Translations under genes and position numbers: made by a program
NCBI GenBank assembly: GCA_964187785.1
Contig: OZ076409.1
Location: 76,324,001-76,388,000 of the forward strand
Direction of reading: 5' to 3'
Length of the DNA stretch: 64,000 bases
From: Amphiscolops sp. MND2022
Taxonomy: Eukaryota
Part shown: positions 22,242-34,913 of the stretch, piece after piece
Position numbering within the stretch: position 1 is the stretch's first letter
Layout: the number at the start of each line of letters is the position of its first letter
Notes under the pieces: model-generated
The model's database searches: none
Told to the model about the DNA's origin: nothing
Seen by the model: the letters and a program-made list of their open reading frames with translations, nothing else

Positions 22242-23210
22242 ATGCCCGGATATTTGAAAGCATCGTTGACGCTGGCCCAAGCTCGTCAAACAGTGACCGA
22301 TCGCTATACAGTTAGCAATACCACCATTCTGACAGCTGACCAGACTCCACGGTTCTTCTGCGTTCCATTTGTTTTCCTGTACGCATCTCCGTCTGCAGGA
22401 AAGAAGCTCTCTTTCGTAAAAACGCAAAGAAATGACACAAGGAAAACAAAGTTCATGGAAATTGAGAAGTTCCACCGCTTTGTTTTGTTGGGATCAAGAG
22501 CAACAGAAGAAGTATTCGCAATGTTTACAGATACGGCTCTGGAAACCCACAACCTCTTCCGATATCAAAACAATGTTCTGCCTGGAACCATCGTACATGT
22601 CCTTAATCCAAAAGTAGAGGGGCTGTTGAGAGCTACCAACACAACCCTACTCTCCTCGATAGAACCACTGATTCCAAATCAAAATCAGCCGGTTATAAAT
22701 CTCGAACTTCCACACTCCCTAGAAATGGCCACTTTTCGGTATTTCGAGTTTATCTCCACGACAATAACCATTACGTCTGCAACAGCTACCGAAAACGTAT
22801 GTCCCAGTGGGTTCTGCGATGCGCAGTTTGTGTTACAGAATTGTGGCTGCTTAGCCGTTTCGTCAAAAAAGAAATGGGCCCTGACGCTGGTAGTAGATAG
22901 CGATGAGTTCGCTCCACTAGAGGACGTGGACAATGTGTACATAACCTCTAATCATGTAACAGATCTTTTTGTGTCGGCAGAGAGGCAGGAATTGTCGCCG
23001 AACTCAACGGACTTCGATCCATTTGCAATGGACACGGCCATTGTAAATATGTGCCAAGCAATCAATGGAAACGGGGGGTTTATTGTAAAAGGCTGGTTTA
23101 AGCCAAGCTCAACAGACGATGGCGCCACCAATGAAGTGAAGCGGGTTCATGTTTGCCTGTTGAAAAATTATAACGACCTTACCGATGCCATTGCACAGAT
23201 GAAATATTGA
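22242..23210 (+). CDS. Hypothetical element-encoded protein, possibly OB-fold / RPA70-like ssDNA-binding
   Basis: ~322-aa ORF; the ATG follows a TGTTTTCAG acceptor-like site. CPSGFC...CGC followed by KWALTLVVD resembles the zinc-ribbon/OB layout of RPA70 DBD-C. The product is an inference. Confidence 0.6.
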   Translation: MPGYLKASLTLAQARQTVTDRYTVSNTTILTADQTPRFFCVPFVFLYASPSAGKKLSFVKTQRNDTRKTKFMEIEKFHRFVLLGSRATEEVFAMFTDTALETHNLFRYQNNVLPGTIVHVLNPKVEGLLRATNTTLLSSIEPLIPNQNQPVINLELPHSLEMATFRYFEFISTTITITSATATENVCPSGFCDAQFVLQNCGCLAVSSKKKWALTLVVDSDEFAPLEDVDNVYITSNHVTDLFVSAERQELSPNSTDFDPFAMDTAIVNMCQAINGNGGFIVKGWFKPSSTDDGATNEVKRVHVCLLKNYNDLTDAIAQMKY

Positions 23211-23306
23211 AGTCATTTGACTGCATCTGTTTACAGAGATTCGCTAGAAGGCAAGAATTAATCCGACTGGAAACTGCGGTCGATTCTTTAGTTGCCTTTT
23301 TCTTTC

Positions 23307-24114
23307 CTTAGAGATCGACGATGAGCGTGGTCTTCTAAGTTTTGTGTTTTCGTATTAATCTAATTCAAACTCAGTGCTTTCCGTTTAAATCAGTACCTAC
23401 AATGCCGACAGTATTGAATTAAAGTTAGTCTTCATTATCACAAACACTTGAACTGTTTTTCGTATTATTCCATTAGCTGCTTCATGTTTATTTATAACTC
23501 CGCAGCTGTAAGTTTTACATGTAACCAATGTTTTCTCAAAAAAAAACATGATACATTTTGAATGTCATTCCGTTCATTTCGAAATAATTAAACTGTTCGC
23601 CATTTATTTACTTTTTCAGTGGTGAAGTCCAGTAGTTACGACAGGAAAGTCCCAATTTCTGAAAAACACATTTTCCTACAATTTGATTTCTACATGTGTT
23701 TCTAATTATGTTGAATAGTTGGCAGTTAGTTCAAATGTTCGTAAGTGTTGAGTTTAATAGAAGTACATTGTTCAATATCATTTGCGTAACGTTAGATAGC
23801 ATTTTGAACGACCTAATGTATCATTAGCTGATTTGATAAAACATAGTTCGAGTTTCTGTGGTTTTTTTTCGGATGAACTTTTGAATGGAAAATAGAAACA
23901 AAATTGGAATAGGTTTCTAAAATACTAACATCATACGACAGCAAACATTTTCCCAAAAAGGCATCCCTTTTGCGCCCGCTAATTAGTAGTTACTGCTGCT
24001 TGAAGACACATAATTCGATTAGATCAGCCTCATTTACTGGAATCGACGATATGCGTGGTTCCTGGTAAGCTTAAATCAGTCTCATTTGGTGAAATTGGCG
24101 ATAGTCGTGGTTCC
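23307..24114 (+). repeat. Dispersed copies of the same bulged hairpin downstream of ORF3
   Basis: 23307-23339, 24039-24062 and degenerate 24091-24114. Confidence 0.8.
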
Positions 24115-24309
24115 AAGTTTGCTTATTTTGAATTTGAGTGTAACTATGTAACGACAACCCTTCCGCATTCTCTAACATCATTAACCACTAATTAACCTCT
24201 CAACCAACACCCGACTGAAGACGATTCTTCTCCAATCACGTAAGTAACTTTTTTCTCTCTTTAACACTTTCCCGCCTACTGGACTCTTCGTTTTGCCGTC
24301 CACGTCTAG

Positions 24310-25594
24310 GTGCCGGGATTTCTATTCGATAAAGTATGTGGCGCGTGTGGGTAGGGTCCCTGGCGCGCTCTTGGGTATGGTGTTCACCAGCTAGGAAATA
24401 GGGGTCGATTTTTCGGGATCTCCTAAACTAGCCACACGATTTGGCTGAAATTTGGCACACGTACTCCCCTCGGCATGGTGAAGATGATTCCCTACTAGCG
24501 TTTTGCTCGCAAAATTTTTTTTGTTGTCCAAAATAACGGTTTTTGGTGGAAAATTTTGAACTTTTTTTAAATTTCATCTTATATCTCGCCACGGGTTTAC
24601 GCTAGCGCTTCAAAACCCTGCTAAAGAAAGCTTGCAAACTGTCTCAGGAATGCGGTGTGAAGTTTTCAGCTCAATCGGACTTAAACTCAGGGAGATATAG
24701 CGTTTTTCCGGAGCGGGGGGGTTTCATTTTTCTAACGGTCCAGCTTATCTTAGCCATTTTTTCGAAAATGTACTCGCCTAAAGACCTCCCCTGGCCGGTT
24801 TTATTCCCAGCAAAACCATTTGGCCCTAAATACGGAGTTTCAGCGTTCCAGCATTCCCGGGCGAAAAGTTGTGAGACTTAGAAAATTTCAAAAATTTTCA
24901 AATTTTTTTTTCCGTTTTCCGCCCTCCCCCCCGAGGGGAAAAGACCCCCCAACCAGTAATTTGAGTGAATTCATGTGGAAAGGCCATGTTTAGAGGAGAA
25001 AAATCCCGTTTAAATTGTCTTTTTATCTTTATTCAACGTTGACTTATGACGTTTTGAAGGTGATGTTTGGAGGTGTGAAGCACGTGAAAAGTAAACGTTA
25101 TGAGTATTTATCTGATCTGAAAGCCATTGAGATGCAACCTGTTTTGCTCAAAAAGTAATTCATATCAATTTGGTAGTCAATCAACACCCTTTGTTGTCAT
25201 TTGACATCTTTTTTTGTTGATATAAGAAAAAATTTCGTGTATTTATTCATTTTTTTCTCATCAAATAACTTGAAACAGTTGAGTACATTCCATCCCCCCT
25301 TCACGGGGGAGATGAGAATGTACTCGCAAAAAGCCCCGAACTACGACCCTTACCTTCCTGAGCTACGCAGTATAAAGATTGCATATTGGTTCCGACATTT
25401 TGATAGAGTTATATCTTGGTAATCTGTCTGGGTATGCAGAAAAACCAGCACGTGCTTTTTTATACCAAGTTGCTCACAACGACATTTATTTTATATCAAC
25501 GCCCCCATATTTATCAACGCCCCCCGTCCGTGGGCATGCCGAGGCATGCCCTTCGACGACGTATACCAAGATATGTTCGAGCGCGTTAGCCTAG
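24310..25594 (+). mobile_element. Non-autonomous unit, short class (1285 bp)
   Basis: Near-identical to 38172-39457. Confidence 0.8.
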
Positions 25595-26878
25595 GTGCCA
25601 AAATCTATTGATTTGCCAAACACTTCGAGGGCGGGGTAGGGCCCCCAGCCCGAGTCAAAAGTCGAAGACAAACAACTTAAGGCAACTGTCGAATTCTCCT
25701 ATCGATTTTCTAAACGAGCCGTCAGATTTGGCTGAAATTTTGCATACGGCTTCCTATAACAATCCTAAGAACTAATCCCTACTGGCGTTTTGCCCGGAAA
25801 ATTCAAAAAGTGGGTCAAAATCTTAGTTTTTTGGTCGAAAAATGGCGTTTTTTTGGAAAAAATTTTTTTAAGAGCCCATATCTCGCTCCCAGGTGCCCGT
25901 AGCGACCAGACCTCGGACGGTACTATTGCTGGGCACTTCGTAAGGAGTCCGTAGACAAATTTTCGTACAGATCGGATAAAAATTGACTGAGTAATAGCCG
26001 TCATTGGGACGCATTTTTTCGACTTTTTTCGAAAACCTAGTCTATCTCTGCCGTTTTTTGCCCAGATTTTTTTCCAGGACCTCTCCTAAAGGCCTCCCCT
26101 GGCCGGTTTACCTCCCAGAAAAACCATTTGGCCCTTTTGCCGCAGTTTCAGCGTTCCAGGATTCCTTGAGTAAAAGTAAAATGACTTAGAATTTTCTCAA
26201 AAAATTTTCAAAATTTTTTTTTCAACTTCAGACCTCCCAAAGTCAGGAAACTTCCACACAACTAGTATTGCAAGTGAATGCATGTGGAAAGTGCTCGAAT
26301 AGACGAGAAAAATGAGCTATTATAAAGCTCTGTAGCTCAACCTGACGTTGACTTATGATAATTTTAGTGTGAGCTTGCTATGTGAGAAAAAATTTCAAAA
26401 ATTGAAAATCGAGCTAAGTCTCATCCAAAACTCATCGGAATACGTTCAATCCACCCTAAAGCGGTTTAATTCCAGTTACTAAGTGCAGCAACACCATTCA
26501 AGGTCATTTAACCCATATTTATAATTTTTGACACCGTCTTATCCATTTGAAAGTTCGAAACAGTTGAGTACATTCCATCTCCCCTACGTGGGAGATGGCA
26601 ATGTACTCGCAAAAAGCCAAGGTCCTACCGCCCTATTCTATCCGGCGTTGCATCAGAAATGCAGTAGCATGAGCTCCAGGTTGTTTGCAGTAGCCTTTAC
26701 GTATGTTGTGACTATGTATTACAATTCTAACTCTGTTACTAAACATGAAAAAATTGTTTCAATCCCAAAAATTTTCATTTCAACTTTAGTATGTCACCAA
26801 TAAACATATATGCATCTTTCCTACTACAACCACCCTACCACCCGGCCCCTTGTCCACTGTTCAACCGTGCACGTCTAG
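25595..26878 (+). mobile_element. Non-autonomous unit, short class (1284 bp), with the ends of the autonomous element
   Basis: Same left end as 9950; terminates in CACGTCTAG; lacks the palindromic core. Confidence 0.8.
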
Positions 26879-28147
26879 GTGCCGGGATTTCTATTCGATA
26901 AAGTATTTTGCGCGGTTGGGTAGGGCCCCGTGAGCGCGCCAGGGGATTGTGTTAGAACAACAAGGATTTGGGCATCAGTTGGGAGCGATTTTCTAAACTA
27001 TCCGTACGATTTTGCTGAAATTTGGCACGAAGCTTCCTTGGAACATTCTAAGAACAAATCCCTACTGGCGTTTTGCTGGGAAAAATCAAAAAGTTGGTCA
27101 AAAATGCGATTTTCCGACAAAATTTTGGGGTAACATTTTTTTGAAACGTTATATCTCGCCACAGGGTCACGCTAGCGCCTCGCAACCTATGATCGTGTTT
27201 TGTTGGGCGTTGTCTGTAGAACACGTATGCCAAATTTGGTGGCGATCGGACTTAAACTCAGGGAGATATAGCGATTTTTTAGGTGCATTTTTTGACATTT
27301 TTTGCATTTGCCGATTTATCTCTGCCGTTTTTGCTCAAATTTTTTTTGAGACACTCTCCTAAAGACCTCCCCTGGCCGGTTTACCTCCCAGAAAAACCAT
27401 TTGGCCCTAAATACGAAGTTTCAGCGTTCTAGCATTCCCGGGCAAAAAGTTGTGGGACTTAGAATAGTTTTTATGGTAACGCAAAATGTGTAAAGTCAAC
27501 TTCAGGCCTCCCAAAGTCAAAGAACTTCCACACAACTAGGATTGCAAGTGGGTGCATGTGGAAAGTACTCGGATAGACGAGAAAAATGAGCTATAGAACG
27601 ACTCTGTAGCTTAACCTGACGTTGACTTATGACAATTTTATTGTGAGCTTGCTATTTGGTGTAAAAATTCAAATGATGAAAATCGAAGCTAAGTCTCATC
27701 CAAAACTCATCGGAATACGTTCAATGCATCCCAAAGCGGATTAATTCGAGATGTTTAGTGCAGTAACACCATTCAAGACCATTTGACCCATTTTTATAAG
27801 TTTTGACAACGTATTATTCATACGAGAGCACGAAACAGTTGAGTACATTCCATCTCCCTTTCGGGGGAGATGAGAATGTACTCGCTAAAGTCCAGGTACT
27901 ACAGCCCATATTTGCTTTTATGCGACGCTCTTATGCTAGTGCGCATACTTTTTAATCGTTTAACTGAATTTTCTTCTGTCTGCACTTTGACTTTGACTTG
28001 ACATATAGTGAACGTTTTGTCTTACAACTTACAAATGAGTAACGTCAACGCCCCATCCTTGCATCAACGCCCACCGTCCCTGGGCATGCCGAGGCATGCC
28101 CTTCGACGACGTATGCCAAGATATATCCCAAGCGCGGTAGCCGCTAG
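26879..28147 (+). mobile_element. Non-autonomous unit, short class (1269 bp), chimeric
   Basis: First ~83 bp as in unit 2170; body as in unit 4749. Confidence 0.8.
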
Positions 28148-30121
28148 GTGCGGGGGGGTAACCCCAACAAAATTTTTGGAGGATTCGGGTAGGGTCCTGA
28201 ATCCGAGTTCAGTGCTGCCAGCTTTCGTTAAGAAAATTTGGATAGGATTCGGGATCTCGTGATCTAACCATAGGATTTTAAAGTTGGAGCGGCCCCCACC
28301 AGATTTTCCGAAAATTAGCGCCCCCCACCGGGTTCCATACCCCGGAAAATTTTTTTCTGGCCACACGGGCGACCGTTAGGGGGTCATTTTAGGGGTAAAA
28401 TTCATATTGGGCCACATAACTTTTTTTCTGTTGATTTAAAACTTTGGGACCCTGCTAAAAGTTTCTTGACCGTGTTGCAGGGGCCCCGGAGGTCCAAACC
28501 AAATTTTTCTATCTTGAAGCTATCTCCAAGTACCCCCCCGCCCAAAACGTTATTTTTCCGGAAACGCAGGTTTTTGACCCGGAAGGAGTCGTCTGAGCGC
28601 GGGGTCGTTAGGTGATGTTTTGGGGACGGCCTTGAGACGAAGTGGGGGACATGTAGTTTGCCGACCTCGGTTTACCCCTCGGACAGGAAATGACCGTTAT
28701 ATGAGCGGGAAAATTACCCCCCTCCACGTTTTACCGCTATTTCCGGTGTGAAGGAGTGGGAGTAGCGCGTCGGGTGCCATATATCAAAAGTAGGTTTAGA
28801 CAAGGATCTATCGGAAACATGTGGTTTGGGACCCCCTGGACCAACCCGTTAGCAGGAAATGGGGCTTCCGGCCCGTTTTTTTACGGTTAAAAACGGAAAA
28901 TGGGCATTGAGGGGTAAATATCTCGTGAACGCTTGGAGCTACGGTGTCCTTCACTACTACAAGGTTTCATCCCCATGATATGGTGCCTTCAGGGGGGCAA
29001 ACAGATTTCCGCTATCTATCACCGTTACGGACTTGGCCCCCCAGCCTAACCGTTAAGTTACCGGAAATGTCATATTTTGAGCCCAAAGGGTCGGTCCCAG
29101 CCAGGGAACGTTAGGTAACTTATTGTAGTACTCAATGAGACGAGTTGGGGGACATAGTTTTAGTCACCCCCCGTTACCCCTTGGGACCGGAAATGACCGT
29201 TATGTGAGTGAATTTGCATTTTTTATACTCTTTGAAGTGCATTTATGTGCGGAAGGAGTGGTAATAGGTGCTTGGACACTATATGAGGTAAGGGAGGACG
29301 TGAGGCGAGCACTCGGAAATAACCGTTATGTTGACCCTAAAGCCCCCTGGTACCGGAAGTGACCCGTAATGGTCAAATTTTGTGTTCAAAGGGTACAAAT
29401 GTTTGGTGTTTTATGGATAACAGTGCCTATTAGGTGTTTCGACGGTCTGCAGTCGTGAACATAGTCATGAAACCTTGTGGGGGGTAACGGTATATAGCAC
29501 CGGAAGTCCAAACCTTTGGAGAAAGGATAAGTTTTTTGGTTTTAAAACGTCTTTCGGCCTACTTTTGTCGACTATCATGGTCTATTTTTGAAAAATAAAA
29601 TTTTTCCATATAGTTTCAGAGACTCCGAAAACTCAACCAACATAACCGTTACCTTATGATAGCCTTTCAAGTTGGCCTGGTGTCAACTTGGAAGGGCTAT
29701 CTTTCAAAAATCATTAATCAAGTGTGTTTTTGAGTATGTTTGTATTACTTTAGAATCAATTAGAGCTTCAAGAAAAGTTTGCCAACGACTAAAATTATGT
29801 CGTGATGATTCCGTTATTAGAATAATGGTTAAGAAAATGTTGATAAATTTGATTTTTTACATTTCAAATGTGTCCTAAATGCCAGAAAACCTCTTTACTA
29901 AACAAATGGTATTGAGTGAATTGTATATAACAGCTAATAAAAGTTCAAATTGAATATTACATTTCATTATGCAAGCTGAAACGTCAAATTATAGTTTAAT
30001 TAACGTCAACGCCACATACTTTACATCAACGCCCACCGTCCGTAGGCATGCCGAGGCATGCCTTTCGACGACGTATACCAAATTCCACCCACACAACACC
30101 CTCGAGCGCGGTAGCAGCTAG
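28148..30121 (+). mobile_element. Non-autonomous unit, long class (1974 bp)
   Basis: GTGCGGGGGGG start, GATAGCC hairpin 29658-29701, core, CTAG. Confidence 0.8.
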
Positions 30122-32919
30122 GTGGCGGGGGGCTGTCCCCAATAGAATATAGTGAGGTAGGGTAGGGTTCCCTACCGAACATTCAGTACTGAAAGACTCT
30201 TGTAGTATGAAAATTTTTCGATGTTTTGAGACCGATTTCGGATTCCACCCGTCAGAAGTTTATGATTTTTTGGCCCCCACCCAGATTTTGGGCACTGATC
30301 GCCCCCCACCAGGTTCCATACCCGTGGTTTCGTTGTGACGGGTACACGAGCGACCGTTAGGGGTCAATCAGGGGGTAAAATTTATAAAAGTGTGAATAAC
30401 TTTTCCCCCCGTCGTTTTAGCAGGTCCGGTCACTAGTAAAGGTTTGTTGGGCATCATGCAGTGGGTACGGGGGGCCAAACAAAAATTTTCTATCATGCAC
30501 CGTTACGGACTTGGCCCCCCGCCCAAACCGCTATTTTACCGGAAATTGCACTTTTTGAACGGGAAGGAGTCGTCTGAGCGCGGAGTCGTTTGGTAATGTT
30601 TTGTAGAGCATCTGAAGACGTGGTGGGGGACATGTAGTTTGCCGACCCCAGTTTACCCCTCGGACGGGAAATGACCGTTATGTTAGTTTTAAAATTGCCC
30701 CCCGTCAACTTTAACCGCTATTTCTGGTGTGAAGGAGTCGGAACAGCGTGTCGGGTGCTATATATCAAAAGTAGCTTTAAACAAGGACCTATCAGAAACA
30801 TGTGGTTTGGGACCCTTTGAACGGACCCGTTAGCCGGAAATAGGGTGACCGCCTCCTTTTTTTGGTGTTAAAACCGTAAAACGGGCATTAAAGTGAAATT
30901 ATCTCGTGAACGCGTGGAGCAATCGTGTCCATCACTCCTACAAGGTTTCATACCCATGACATGGTGTCTTCAGGGGGGCAAACAGATCAGCGCTATCTAT
31001 CACCGTTACGGACTTTGCCCCCCAGCCTAACCGCTATATTACCGGAAACTGCCCTTTTTGACCGGGAAGGAGTCGTCTGAGAGTGGAGTCGTTAAGTAAT
31101 GTTTTGTAGAGCATCTAGAGACGTGTTGGGGGACATGTAGTTTGCCGACCCCTGTTTACCCCTCGGACGGGAAATGACCGTTATGTTAGTTTTAAAATTG
31201 CCCCCCGTCAACTTTAACCGCTATTTCTGGTGTGAAGGAGTCGGAATAGCGTGTCGGGTGCTACATATCAAAAGTAGCTTTAAACAAGGACCTATCAGAA
31301 ACATGTGGTTTGGGACCCTTGGAACGGACCCGTTAGCCGGAAATAGGGTGACCGCCCCCTTTTTCTGCGGTTAAAATTGTAAAACGGGCATTGAAGTGGA
31401 ATTATCTTGGAAACGCGTGGAGCTATAGTGTCCTTCACTACTACAAGGTTTCATACTCAAGATACGGTGCCTTCAGGGGGGAAAACAGATTACCGCTATA
31501 TATCACCGTTACGGACTTGGCCCCCCAGCCTAACCGCTATGTTACCGGAAATGTCATTTTTTGAGCCAAAAGGGTTAGTCCCAGCGTGGGAACGTCAGGT
31601 AACTTTATGTAGAACTCAATGAGACGAGTTGGGGGATATGGTTTCAGTCACCCCCCGTTGACCCGTTAGACCGGAAACGACCGTTATGTAGTGAAAAATG
31701 TAATTTTTATACTTTTTGAAGGCCATTTAGGGCAGGAAGTATCGGTAATATGTCTTTGGACAGTATACAATGAAAGTTTTGGTGTGAAACAAGCAATATG
31801 AAATATCCGTTATTATGATTCGGAAGTCACACTAACAGCGAAAATGACCGTTATGTAGTGAAAATTTTTTTCACATTTTTTTTGCTTTCGATAGGTCCTT
31901 CAAGCCAAGAAGTAGCTGTATTAGGTCTTTGGCCACTTTATGATGATTGTGGTGTTGTGAGATGACCGTACGAACTTGACCTTTATAATGCCCCTGAAGT
32001 TGCTGCGGCACGAGAAATTTCAGAAAGTTTGTCTTTTCTGTGTTTTGTTGGAATAAACATTTAATTTCATTAAACCAATGTGCATTCAGGGTGTTTAGAA
32101 AGCTTCAAGAAAAGAATTTAATAGGAAACATGGCGGTGAGAAATAACAAATTGCCACGTAAATCCAACCCCCGTTGGGGAATAAATGTAATAAATTGTTT
32201 TGGAAGTGCCAATCGACGTGTATTTGCGGATCATAGCCACGGTATTGTCTATTCGTGTTTCTTTTTGAAGACTTTGAACATTTTCACTTTATCAGCTTGA
32301 GGTTTTAACTCTATATGCTTAATAACTGTTACAATATGATAGCCCTCAAGTTGACCTTGTGTCAACTTGAAAGGGCTATCCTTTCACAACTGCGCAGCAA
32401 CAGTGTGATTGAGTGATTTAGTTATTATCCAAGGCCAATTTGAACTTCAACAAGATTTTAACCACAATATTTAAAACTATTCATATGATTCTTTCAAAAG
32501 GGTAAATATTTAACTAATATTTGACAAAAAAACTCCAACCTTTAATTTGTGGACCGAATAGTAGGAAAACCATGTTTCTTAACGTTGTTGGATGAAATTC
32601 AAAATGATGCTTTTAAAAGAATAACAATTCTTGACACTATATATTTTTTCTATTTTCCAATAAACTATTTTTCCAAAAGTCTATTTTTCCAATAAACATT
32701 GTTGATTGATGCCCATTCATAGTGACTGGAAAGTTTTACCAACTGTGGTGTTTTTTTTAATCAGAGGTGAAACCGCTCCCTACCGTCGCATAATGTAATT
32801 CAAGCCGACGCCCACATGCCAACATCAACGCCCACCGTCCGTAGGCATGCCGAGGCATGCCTTTCGACGACGTATGCCAAATCACGCCCCTGCGAGGTCA
32901 CTAAAGCGGTAGCGGCTAG
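30122..32919 (+). mobile_element. Non-autonomous unit, extended long class (2798 bp) with a 503-bp internal duplication
   Basis: CACCGTTACGGACTT at 30498, 31001 and 31504; GATAGCC hairpin 32338-32380. Confidence 0.8.
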
Positions 32920-34913
32920 GTGCGGGGGGGAAACCCCATCCCTTATCTTGGAGGATTCGGGTAGGGTCCTGAATCCGAGTTCAGTGCCGCCAGCTCTCAG
33001 TAGAAATCTGGGCATTTTTTTGCGATCTCGTGATCTAACCATAGGATTTTAAAGTTGGAGCGGCCCCCACCAGATTTTCCAAAGTTATTCGCCCCCCACC
33101 GGGTTCCAGCGTGATTGAAATATTTTGACGGGGTACACGGGCGACCGTTAGGGGTCATTTTGGGGGTAAAATTTATATCCGGTCGCATAACTTTTTTCCT
33201 GTTGGATTAAAACTTTGGGACCCTGCTAAAAGTTTCTTGACCGTGTTGCGGGGGCTCCGGAGGTCCAAACCAAATTTTTCTATCTTGAAGCTATCTCCAA
33301 GTACCCCCCCGCCCAAACCGTTATTTTTCCTGAAACGCAGGTTTTTGACCCGGAAGGAGTCGTCTGAGCGCGGGGTCGTTAGGTGATGTATTGGGGACGG
33401 CCTTGAGACGAAGCGGGGGATATATAGTTTGCCGACCCCAGTTTACCCCACGGACGGGAAATGACCGTTATATGAGCGGGAAAAATGCCCCCCTCCACGT
33501 TTTACCGCTATTTCCGGTGTGAAGGAGTGGGAGTAGCGCTTCGGGTGCCATATATCAAAAATAAGTTTAGACAAGGACCTATCGGAAACATGTAGTTTGG
33601 GACCCCCTGGACCAACCCGTTAGCGGGAAATGGGGCTTCCGCCTCCTTTTTTTACTGCTAAAACCGTAAAATGGGCATTGAGGGATAAATATCTCGTGAA
33701 CGCGTGGAGCAATCGTGTCCATCACTACTACAAGGTTTCATACCCATGATATGGTGCCTTCAGGGGGGCAAACAGATTTCCGCTATCTATCACCGTTACC
33801 GACTTGGCCCCCCAGCCTAACCGCTATGTGACCGGAAATGTCACTTTTTGAGCCCAAAGGGTCGGTCCCAGCCGGGGAACGTTAGGTAACTTATTGTAGT
33901 ACTCAATGAGACGAGTTGGGGGATATAGTTTCAGTCAACCCCCGTTACCCCTTGGGACCGGAAATGACCGTTATGTGGGTAAATTTGCAATTTTTATACT
34001 CTTTGAAGTGTATTTAGGTGCGGAAGGAGTGGTAATAGGTGCTTGGACACTATATGATGTAATGGAGGTCGTGAGGAGAGCATTCGGAAATAACCGTTAT
34101 GTTGACCCCAAAGTCCCCCTGGTACCGTTAACGACGGGAAATGGCCAAATTTTGTGTCTATTGGGTACAAATGTTTGGTATTTTATGGATAAAAGTACCT
34201 GGAAGGTGTTTTAAAGGCCTCCAGAAGTGAACATAGTCATGAAACCTTGTGGGGGGTAACGGTATATAGCACCGGAAGTCCAAACCGTTGGTCACAGAAT
34301 AGGTTTTTTGGTTTCAAAATGTCTTTAGGCATAGTTTTGTGGGTTGAATCGTCATAATATCAAATAATACGGACTTTTTTCGGAAATAAAATTTTTTCAC
34401 ATTAGTTTCAGGGACTTCCAATGCTTCAGTCAACATAACCGTTACATTTTGATAACCTTTCAAGTTGACCTGGTGTCAACTTGGAAGGGCTATCCTTCTA
34501 AAATCGTTAATCAAGAGTGTTTTTGGGTAGGTATATGTTGCATTAGTACCAATTAGAGCTTCATCAACAGTTTGCCAACGGCAAAAACGATGTCGTGATA
34601 ATTCCGTTATAAAAATATTAGTTAACAAATTGTTTTCAAAGTTGATTTTTTCCATTAAAAATGTGTCCTAATGCCACCAAATTGAATAAAATAATAAATG
34701 GTATTGACTAAAACTAAATAACAATGAAAAAGAAGATCAACATTTTTATTAGGTCTCATTATGGAAGCTGAAACCTCACGTTTTAGTTTAATTAACGTCA
34801 ACGCCACAAACTTTTTATCAACGCCCACCGTCTGTGGGCATGCCGAGGCATGCCCTTCGACGACGTATACCAAACACCCTCCATATCTACACCCTAACCG
34901 CGGTAGCAGCTAG
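32920..34913 (+). mobile_element. Non-autonomous unit, long class (1994 bp)
   Basis: Near-identical to 43417-45409. Confidence 0.8.

Larger units (their letters stand above)
9950..24309 (+). mobile_element. Autonomous Helitron-like rolling-circle transposon (14,360 bp), one unit of the array
   Basis: Bounded by the same CTAG|GTG junctions. The first ~920 bp are homologous to the short non-coding units. Contains the RepHel ORF and ends in TGGAC..GTCCA hairpin + CGTCTAG. Confidence 0.85.

Noticed and set aside
9950..24309. Autonomous element as a nested insertion into a short unit
   Set aside because: The missing right part of the short unit does not resume afterwards; the element ends directly at a standard CTAG|GTG junction.
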